Made by a program: the position numbers and the translations under genes
Source of the DNA: Schmidtea nova
Taxonomy: Eukaryota
Direction: 5' to 3'
Assembly (NCBI GenBank): GCA_044892505.1
Contig: CM097883.1
Coordinates: 403,439,577 to 403,498,000, forward strand
Length of the DNA: 58,424 nt
Notes under the pieces: generated by a model
Told to the model about the DNA's origin: nothing
The model's database searches: none
Seen by the model: the letters and a program-made list of their open reading frames with translations, nothing else
Shown here: piece after piece, positions 49,002 to 58,424 of the stretch
Layout: every line of letters begins with the position of its first letter
How positions within the stretch are numbered: the first letter of the stretch is position 1

Positions 49002-52000
49002 TCTAAATATAAATATAAAAATCCTCTTTTACATTTCCTGTTCAGACCACCCCTCGGAGATCCGCATAAGGCCAGATATTAATGAGATATTGCAAGCAAA
49101 CCGAACCATCCAATGCTACGCCCCAAATGGATATCCTCCGCCAGATATACGTCTCCACCTTATCGAAGGACCACCAAACGCAACCGAATATTATGAGACC
49201 AGAGGAAACGGATCCCAAATATACATCAATTCAAACGCCCCGGTCGGGTCCGTGTGGAAATGGAAATGCTCAATGAAAAGCACAATTGTGAAGGTGCAGA
49301 AAACCGAAGAAAAGGAAGTCACATTTAATATTGCCGGTAGGATTTACTCCATTGTAAACCTTAATAATATTTAAACCCGTCAAAAACTTTCATTTATTTA
49401 TCGTATTTTTATGAGTTAGCTTTATTCTTCTATATTCCGTACAAGGAGAGAGACATCCTTGAGCCCTTTTGAATTATGGAGCCCGTCCTTACCGATAGTG
49501 ATTTGTAATAAAGATGTATAAAATCAAGTTTTGATGGCATTCAGAAACGTATTTTAGGATCGTAAAACTTTGTAACTGTGAATGGGTCAGAATTTACCTT
49601 AGGATCCAGTAAAGACATTTCTCGAAGGACAGTCAATTATATCCATGTTATAATNNNNNNNNNNNNNNNNNNNNNNNNNNNNNNNNNNNNNNNNNNNNNN
49701 NNNNNNNNNNNNNNNNNNNNNNNNNNNNNNNNNNNNNNNNNNNNNNNNNNNNNNNNNNNNNNNNNNNNNNNNNNNNNNNNNNNNNNNNNNNNNNNNNNNN
49801 NNNNNNNNNNNNNNNNNNNNNNNNNNNNNNNNNNNTATCAATAATTTCCATAATGGAAAGAATAGACCAGCGGTTCCCAACCTGTGGGTCGTGAGCCCAA
49901 CAGGGGTCGCGTGACAGTTTGTCAGGGGTCACCTGAGACCTTCTGAAAAAGTAATTTTTACGCGAGTCAGTGATTCCTTACTATCATTTTAAATTTAAGC
50001 GATACTTCTACTGACCTACTCTGACTACACTGGCACTACAGTCACAACACTGAAGCGACGTACAATACTATGATTCATTCTACAGATGTCAGGAGCCTAT
50101 ATGATTTAATAATTTTAGCCATTTAAATTCTTGCAACTTCAACTCTTTACGAAATTACCTACGTACTTAGTGAAGTAAAATGAAATCATATTCTGTTTGC
50201 GGCAAAACAGTATTTTCAGCTGTTATTAAAACTAGTCATGCACGTGCTTCATATACTCTAATTATAAAAGTCAACTAAACTAAAAGTTTTATTATAAAAT
50301 TTTGTATTGATAAAATTTGCACGCCCCTGATAATGAATCAGCGAGATACAAGTGTTAGGAAAAGAAAATATAGTGATGAATTTTTAAAGTATGGCCTTAC
50401 TTTCATAGTTGCAGCAGGAATTGAAAAATGATTATGATTCAATTATATTATTCGAAATTCGAATTTTATTCAAAATTTGTAATAAAGAAATATGGTGCAT
50501 ATAAAAGTATAAAATAAAATAAAATCAGATAATTAGAAGCCAAAACATAATTATCATAATATTTGGCTGCAAAAATGCTGTAACTGAAGTGCAACCCTAT
50601 TGGTTTTATTGTTTGGGTCGCCACAAATCGGCAAATGTTATCATGGCGTCACAGCACCAAAAAGGTTGTGAACCGCTGCTATAGATCAAAATTTCTTTAA
50701 ATAAATACACAATAAATACACACTTGATAAAGGCTGTGCCGAAATATTGTGTACTTATTTAAAGAAATTTTGATCTATAGTCATTCATTATGGGAATTCC
50801 GAGAACCTCAACTTGATGTTATATAAATAAAAAACAAAACTGGTTCTTTGAAATTTTATTTAAATAAACAATTAGAAATTTGATAAAAAATCACAATTAC
50901 CTCAAAAATAGTAATTTGTATATATTTTATATGTATGTGTGTAAGAGCTTGCAGTTTCCTAAGCTCGGATGCGCAAATTCCGTATGCTCTAATTTAAGTT
51001 ATAAATATCGTCTACCGAATTTAATTCTTCTTAGAATCTAAGGTTTAATGGGTGATTATACTGAGATTTTGCTCAGCTTATATAGTAATAATTTTTGTTG
51101 TTTAATTAAAAGTCAATTTATTTGTGTGTATTTTCTATTTTGCTAACAACCTGTCAACAACTGAAACGCGGAACCCATTGACAACCGAGTGGTCGTCTAG
51201 CTAATAACTAGTCAATGGGAACCGGTCTTTTCACTCTTGTGATTTTTTGAATATTTTGTAAACAACAATGTTTGATTTGTATTCGAACAACAATTTGCGT
51301 TGCCGTTCGGTAAATAATTCAACACTCGCATACTTACAAGCAGCATCTGAAAGCACAAAAATTTGTAATAATCTTTTGGAAAAATTAAAAGTTAATTATG
51401 TTGAATTCTGATTTGAGGAATGTTGAGAAATGTTAATTCTGCCCCTTTCGGCGCAAATGGCTCAATATATACAATGGGAAATAAAATGTGTAAAAATTGA
51501 ATATTAATATTGTACGGTAAAATTCATTGTCGTGTCACCATACACCGTATAACGACGAGCAGCACCTCCTATAATATAAGATGAGATTATACTATAGAAA
51601 TTTCAAACACTCACCTGTGTGTTATCAGTGTGCTAACATTGAGTAACATTTTTTATTATGTGGTAGACAAAAAGGAAAGAAAAACTTTGTAAACCACAAA
51701 AAGGCATTATATAGTAAAAACTTTTAATGGGTGCAAAGTTAATCAATCACTAGAATCCAATAATAAATCTTACACACACAAAAAATTGGTATCTCCTTCC
51801 TTTTAATTATTTTTTTATCGATTTTTAAAATGAAATAAAAAGCAAAATCATTGAAAAAAATATCTTTCAAGAGGGCATATTGTAAGATTTATTTTTCATT
51901 TAATAATTAATTTAATTTCTTTATAGCAATTCCAATAATTCTGAAGGCTCAACGTTAAGCTTTCCGAAAAATAACCAGCTAAATTTGTAAAAATTATTTT

Positions 52001-53935
52001 TTGTAATATATAATTAAATCAAAATTTTTATAGGATATCATTTAATGAAGGGCAATCAAGTTCTGTAGGGCTTGGTTTGGAAAGAAAAGCTAGAAAAAAG
52101 TAGGTTTTATTGGCTAAAATTTTAAAAATGTTATTACAATTGGATTCAGCACCATGATTTTGCAAAAAAGATTTGGCCTTATAAAATCAGCACTGGATAA
52201 TGAATTAGAATAAGATGGATACAAAAATCTCAAAAATTATTATCAGCATATCCATCGCTTTTTTCCAAAATGCTGCAAAGAAATAGACATCTTTGGAGAT
52301 TAATGTTATTAATGTAATAAAATAATAAATTTTACTTTAGTTTCTTACTTTATGCGAATATAAATCTTTTTTATGTTGATAAATTCCTAAAAAAGTCATA
52401 TTTAAATGATAAATTTAAGTAAATTTCTTACTTAAAACAAAGAAAATTCATGAGTAATTGTGAATTCGCACACCAACTACTATTATAGAAAATGCTAGTC
52501 ATCGCTATACGGTGTTTTGTTGAAAAATTATGTTTAATCATTAATTTCTTAGAAAAGTAAAATAAGTTCTAAAAAATCAATATTGTTAGCATAGTTATTT
52601 TCTGAGGATAGTTTTTGTGATGGTGACAAGGAATTTTTCGAAATATTTAAATTAAACGGCATTTCTCTTTAATTAAATCGTTGCCAAGTATATACATACT
52701 TATTTTTGTATCATATACATCTATTAAATTAATCCTATCAAAATCTAAAATTAATAAAAAGTAAATCACATAAACTAAATTGATACTACAAGGATATCAT
52801 CCTGATTTTTTAAGATAAAATAGATTGAACAAAGAGAAAATAAAATAAATTTATCACATAATAAAATTGTCAGCATATAAAATAGATTATACCTGAATAC
52901 ACAAAGTTGAATGGATTTGTCACACAATAGAATTGTAATCTGAATCACATCTTTTCATCAGGAGATATATTGTTAGATGATGTATCAATATGTATATTAA
53001 GCCTATATCTATTTGTCCCTAAGCTCTAGTCTTCATCTAACTCAAATGTTTCTACCATTTTCCCTGTATCTAACATTGATAATNNNNNNNNNNNNNNNNN
53101 NNNNNNNNNNNNNNNNNNNNNNNNNNNNNNNNNNNNNNNNNNNNNNNNNNNNNNNNNNNNNNNNNNNNNNNNNNNNNNNNNNNNNNNNNNNNNNNNNNNN
53201 NNNNNNNNNNNNNNNNNNNNNNNNNNNNNNNNNNNNNNNNNNNNNCAGACCATCCGACATCAATCCGTATCATGCCAATGCCAGACGGGATAATGGAACC
53301 AAGTTCCACAATTGATTGTGCTCCCTCTGACGGATATCCGGTTGCAGCAGCCCAATGGGAAATTATTGAGGGGCCAGAAAGCGCATCAGCATATTATAAT
53401 ATCGTGCGCAACGGAACGCAAATTCACCTAAACGGAAATTGCCCGACCAAATCTGAATGGAAGATCAAATGCGTCATTCAAAGTTGCATAGAAAATGTTT
53501 GTGAAATCCTGAATAAGACGATCTCATTCAGAATAGCAAGTAAATATTATTTATATTCTTTATTGTCTTTTTATATGAAACGTCTTTCAAATTCATTGAT
53601 AAATATCCCAATTTCATTGGATTTGATCCATTCCCCCATTCCAGATCACCCGACCGCATTATATATCCATCCAATCATCAACAAGAGATTCCGATCAAAC
53701 TCTACCATAAAGTGCTACACCAGTGATGGATATCCAGATCCAGAAATAAATTGGCAACTGATTGAAGGCCCCCCAAATGCGGAACGGTTCTACAATATCA
53801 CCAGGGAAGGTCACCAAATCCATATCCATAGCAACAGCCCGGCCGGTTCAAAATGGTCATTCAAATGCACAATGAAAAGCATTCTAGTGAATACCAAGAA
53901 AATGCTGAATAGAACAATTTCATTTGCTATTGCTA
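48053..53935 (+). CDS. Multi-exon Ig-superfamily protein, paralog 2
   Basis: Exons 48053-48074 (MQRLTVI), 49-nt intron, 48124-48843, ~49046-49337, 53249-53539, 53645-53935. Repeated phase-1 Ig exons DHPxxI..C..GYP..W..EGP..WxxKC. More exons may lie in gaps or downstream. Confidence 0.85.
48932..48994. repeat. (TA)n microsatellite
   Basis: Pure TA run in intron 2. Confidence 0.95.
49868..50678 (+). mobile_element. Internally deleted hAT (Buster/Charlie-like) element inserted in a foldback MITE
   Basis: TIRs cagcggttcccaacct / aggttgtgaaccgctg; RKRKYSDEFLKYG transposase N-terminal motif at ~50360. Confidence 0.8.
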
Positions 53936-53942
53936 GTAAGCT

Positions 53943-54085
53943 TTTGATTGGATAATATTTCTTGATTTTGATTGGATAATATTTGTTGATTTTGATTGGA
54001 TGATATTTCGTGGTTTTGATTGGATGATATTTCTTGGTTTTGATTGGATGATATTTCTTGGTTTTGATTGGATAATATTTTTTTG
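53943..54085. repeat. 24-bp minisatellite, about 6 units
   Basis: Unit tttgattggat(a/g)atatttcttg(a/g)t immediately after an Ig exon donor. Confidence 0.9.
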
Positions 54086-55642
54086 TTTTTATTAAATGTT
54101 ATTTCAAAACTTCATTGATAAATAGTTTTTTTAGTTTATTTTATCTAGCTTTATCATAAACTTTAGCTCTTTAATGTCAGATCTTTAGATATACTATTCA
54201 AGTGTAATTATTATTCACGATGCATGAACGTAAATAGATATGAGTTCAACAGTGTGACGGTTCTCACTTTTTATTTTTATCCTTACTTCCAATTTAGAAA
54301 TCATTTTTAATCAGGATTATTTTTTAACAATCTAATTTAATTTTTTATCATCAAATATTTTTATTTATGTCCATTATTCGTAAGTTCCAGTTGTTTCTTC
54401 GCAGATTTAGAATCTTTACATGATAAAAACGGGTCATACAACCTATTTTTCAATGATACTTTTATAGTTTCTACAATTTCATCTAAACTAACAATATCCG
54501 CTGCATCATCCCGAGTATCATGATCTACTATTTCCGTATTATTTATACTCATTTTGCATTTTTGTATTGTTATATTCTTTTTAAGTTTAAACGATTTATA
54601 TTATTTTAGCGGATATGCTTATTGAATATATAGCAAGGCTGACTAAATAATGAGAGTTGTTAATTAAAGTAACTACTGAGCATTATCAATTAAATTAGAC
54701 CGATTTAAATTAATTCTGTTGATTATTTATTAAATTATACTAACTAAAATTAATTCTGATTTCGATAAATTAAATTAGGTTAAAAAATTAAATTGGGGTG
54801 TTAAATGATTATTTTTAGAAATAAAAATAATAGTACCAATTTTAATATGTTTTAATTACAAATTTAACACAACCAGTTGAATAATGTCAAGTCCAAAATA
54901 TCAATAAATAATACTCATAGAAAATGGGCGTCTAAAATGAGTTTCGCACCGAGGCGCTACTAATGCTAGAGCCGGCCTTGTATAAACACAATTAAAGTTT
55001 GTATTGGCAGCCAATAGCAGTAAGGATTAAATAATATACACTAGCAATTTTACGCAAAAGATAAAAACAAACGTTTGTGACACATGAAATACAAAATAAA
55101 CGCAGAAACTTATTTGATTATTAAAATAATTACATATTCCACATGGAATATCGATTACAATACAAATTACCAATATAATCAATTAAAATCAATTCAGATG
55201 AATTTTATAATTTAAATGAAATGTGTCAATATAAATATAAATGCGGGTGTGCAATGTAAATAAATAATAATTACAACAAAAATTACTTGTAGAAATTGGT
55301 CAAATTATGCATCATTCAATAAAAGACAACTTCTGAGACATTATTGGAACAAAAACGCCATTGTCGATTAAAATTAAAATTTATGATAAATTTTTAATTT
55401 TTAATTTTGTATTTATATTTTATTATTATCCGTTGAAGTCGGGAGGAGATTTATGAAATTATAATAGGAATGCCATAAATGGAAAGGCCATTTCACTTCC
55501 TTCTTTAGAGTTGACTGATGGGAGCTCGTCTCTGATGAGGACCTTTAGTAAGTGGTAAATAATTCAAATTGTTCTCCGTAGGGGAGCATGAAGGTCATTG
55601 CTATTTTAAACTTACTGTTAATATTCTGAATTATTTCATTTC

Positions 55643-56254
55643 ATGCTAGGGAATCCGACGGGAATTTGCGGGGAGAAATGTCAGAATTCGAGGATTTCTG
55701 CAATTGAGGAATCGGTCGAGGAGAATGGCAAGTTGCACGAGGAGATCAGATCAGTATTGAATATCACAGATCAGATCAGAAAAGAAATTTTTATTCTCAG
55801 TAAATCATTGAAAACGGAAAAGGAGGAATCCCGCAAATTAACAAATTCTGTAGAAAGTGTATTCAAATCCTTAAGATCAAATTTTCATTATATTTTCAAT
55901 GGGGTCTCCGAGGAGGCAAAAACAAGTCAAAAGTTTATTTCCAAGCAATCGTTAACTGTGCAGTTCTGGATGAGGAAGTCGAGTGATTATAATAATAATA
56001 ATAATTTTTATAGTTCTTTGAGATTCGAGTGTGGCCTGATCCTAGCAAGTGAGGTACCGATTGCCGTTGACCTTGAGGTGAAATACGAGTGCCTCGTTGG
56101 CCTGCCATCTAGCCACAAATATGAATCTGTACCATTTAATATACAGTTCAAAGGCACCAAATACGAATCGCAGCCAGTTAAAATGAGCATCCGTAATAAT
56201 GGTTATAATTATGATAACCAAAATATTCTCGTGAAATGCTCCCTGCTAAATTAG
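55643..56254 (+). CDS. Coiled-coil plus beta-rich (possibly TRAF/MATH-like) protein, 203 aa
   Basis: Heptad-like N-half, beta-strand-like C-half. Family assignment is tentative. Confidence 0.4.
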   Translation: MLGNPTGICGEKCQNSRISAIEESVEENGKLHEEIRSVLNITDQIRKEIFILSKSLKTEKEESRKLTNSVESVFKSLRSNFHYIFNGVSEEAKTSQKFISKQSLTVQFWMRKSSDYNNNNNFYSSLRFECGLILASEVPIAVDLEVKYECLVGLPSSHKYESVPFNIQFKGTKYESQPVKMSIRNNGYNYDNQNILVKCSLLN

Positions 56255-56383
56255 CCCCCCCCTGCATCAAATGGCAGCAATAAATTGTAGAAATAACAAT
56301 TGAAACTGATCTAAAATTCGTTTGATCTATATTTGCTAATAAATTTGATTTGCCTTATATTGTTATTTATACGCCTCAATGAC

Positions 56384-57060
56384 TGTCGGGCACCGAGTCA
56401 TGGCCCCATGGCCCTCGGGTTATGCAATATGTTACCGTTAAACTAGCTATTCTATGAAATAGCTTCATTATACACAGCGTTTTTGGTGCTTATTTAAATT
56501 TTGTTTATCTAGTCGCAATGCAACACATAAAAAGCTTACTGTCCATGTACCAGTAAATAACCAATGTACTTACGTTGGTAATGTACATGACAGGCGAATG
56601 TGAATAGACAGGTGAGCTTCTTTGCAAAAGCTACTCCTGATTCTACCATTCTCGCGGGTTCCCTAGTGACCGATAGAAGGTCTTCACTTGATCCCGTCTC
56701 ACCCTTTGTCACTGGTCACTAATTTTAAGGTGCATTCTCTGTGATTTTATATTCACTATTTACATGCGCATTTACAAATTTACCCTATATGATCCTGTTT
56801 ACTTTTGTTTTTAATTTCAAAGCAAAAAGAGTCAACACAATGGAATACATTTATTTATGATCCTTATTTACAATACAAATTTTATTGCACATTCTGGGAT
56901 TCTATCATCTTTTGCATCAATTGTCTATTCTTTCGTTGACGTTTCTGCGAGCTAATCCTCTTACGCTTTTTACCCTTTACTGGCGGCTTAATTGATGTAG
57001 TGTCTTAGCTTTCAATTTCACGTGGTGTAGGGTACCATTTTGACAACGAATTTTGCGATG
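56384..57060 (-). mobile_element. Family X 3' fragment (copy k): ORF B C-terminus and RNA motif R6
   Basis: KGKKRKRISSQKRQRK, AATAAA, then aagaccttctatcgg..gaacccg..GAGT AGCTTTT-GCAA-AGAAGCT CACCTG..catgtac ATTACCAA..gtacatg. The end may be cccgaca at 56384. Confidence 0.8.
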
Positions 57061-57269
57061 NNNNNNNNNNNNNNNNNNNNNNNNNNNNNNNNNNNNNNNN
57101 NNNNNNNNNNNNNNNNNNNNNNNNNNNNNNNNNNNNNNNNNNNNNNNNNNNNNNNNNNNNNNNNNNNNNNNNNNNNNNNNNNNNNNNNNNNNNNNNNNNN
57201 NNNNNNNNNNNNNNNNNNNNNNNNNNNNNNNNNNNNNNNNNNNNNGATAATACCCCAAATAAAATAATT

Positions 57270-58424
57270 AAATTAAATGAAATAGTTTTTCTTTCTGACG
57301 ACGAACCCATCATAGATGTTCAATATGGTGGTTCCCTTCTTCCTAATGTTAAGTTTGATTTAAGAAAATCACACGCCATTGTGAAAATGGTTGTTTCTAA
57401 TTTGGCTTTAAAAACTGTAATTTTACCAGATATTTTAATCAATAAATTAAATGATGTTATTAATGAAATGGGGTCTGTCAAAATACAATTTTGTGTTGAC
57501 GTAGAGTTTGAAAAAGATAGTGAATTCCAATCATTCATCATTTCAAACTCTGCAAGACCAATGAGTGATAACTTTTTGATGAAGATATCCCTCTTTTATA
57601 TAAAAAAATATCTTTAATAAATGAAAAGGGAAGTAATTGGGTTATCAACAAACTCAACGAAATCCATTTTGTATTAACTAAATTTGCTGAAATAAGTAGA
57701 TTGAGTGGCAGAGGTCATATAAATACTCCAATTTCTTTATTGCCAAAACATTGTACAGTAAATGTAATTAATTCCGATGATTTATGTTTCATTTATAGCA
57801 TTTTGGCTATTTTGAAATATGATGAGGTAGATAATAGTAGAAATAGAGCAAATAATTATAATCTTTCTGATCTTGTCTTTAACCCTTCAGAAATGCCCAT
57901 GAGACTCTGTAATATTCCAAAATTTGAGGCTAAAAACCCTGGTTTTGCTATTAATGTTCTTTCTTATAATGAAGATGCTTTGCTTGATACTTTGTCAAAT
58001 CCTGAAGTTTTTAAACTTCCCTGTGTTGACATTATCCACCGGTCGAAATTTGTTGGTGGTACTCCTATTAACTTGATTTTGTTGGAAAGTGATGACGCAT
58101 ATCATTATATTGCAATCACCGATCTTGATAGGCTTTTGAATCTTGATGATCTTACAACTTCCAATACTCGCATTCAAAGTATATAGTGTCATCGATGCTT
58201 GAATGGATTTCGAAAACAGGAAGCATTCGATTGTCATCAACAGTTGTGTGCTAAAAATCAATTAGGCACAACTCTTTATACTCTGCCTAGAAATAAAAAT
58301 TTGAAATTTAGTAATTGGGGCAAAACAATTACCCCACCTTTTGTTGTTTACGCTGATTTTGAGGCTGTCTTACCTGTAGATGATAAATACTTTCAAATAC
58401 ATGTCCCAATATCTGCCGGTCTTT
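57270..58424 (+). pseudogene. Decayed Polinton/adintovirus-type protein-primed PolB N-terminal region
   Basis: VNVINSDDLCFIYSILAIL, *CHRCLNGF..HQQLC zinc finger (TAG at a Trp position), PPFVVYADFE exonuclease motif I. Runs off the window. Confidence 0.8.

Noticed and set aside
55515-55560. CTGATGAG, a hammerhead-like core
   Set aside because: No GAAA after a stem II and no room for stems I/III.
1-58424. CRISPR arrays, tRNA genes and prokaryotic operons
   Set aside because: None seen; the sequence is spliceosomal-intron-containing eukaryotic DNA.

Overview
AT-rich eukaryotic (probably invertebrate animal) draft-genome DNA with N-gaps. Two paralogous multi-exon immunoglobulin-domain genes point outward (2209->546 minus; 48053->53935+ plus) and flank about 46 kb packed with mobile DNA. 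Recognisable items there and to the right are three Ty3/Gypsy remnants, several hAT MITEs or deleted hATs, a foldback MITE, a deleted 5S rRNA copy, an intronless RING gene, a coiled-coil/TRAF-like ORF and a decayed Polinton-type PolB. The standout is an element family I cannot assign ('family X'), present as about 11 complete, partial or nested copies. One complete 3104-bp copy (17152-20255) has TGTTGGG...CCCAGCA ends and a 4-bp ATAG target-site duplication. It carries a CCAAT+TATA promoter, a non-coding leader ending in two hairpins and a GT donor, and a repeat-rich intron. Two unrecognised ORFs follow (A, Trp-rich; B, coiled-coil/basic), each with its own splice acceptor and AATAAA, then a structured RNA with covariation across six copies that partly resembles a twister ribozyme. 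It encodes no RT, integrase or transposase. Copies nest in each other's introns, and one carries antisense 5' fragments of host vasa-like and NAE1-like genes. All assignments are by eye; no database search was run.
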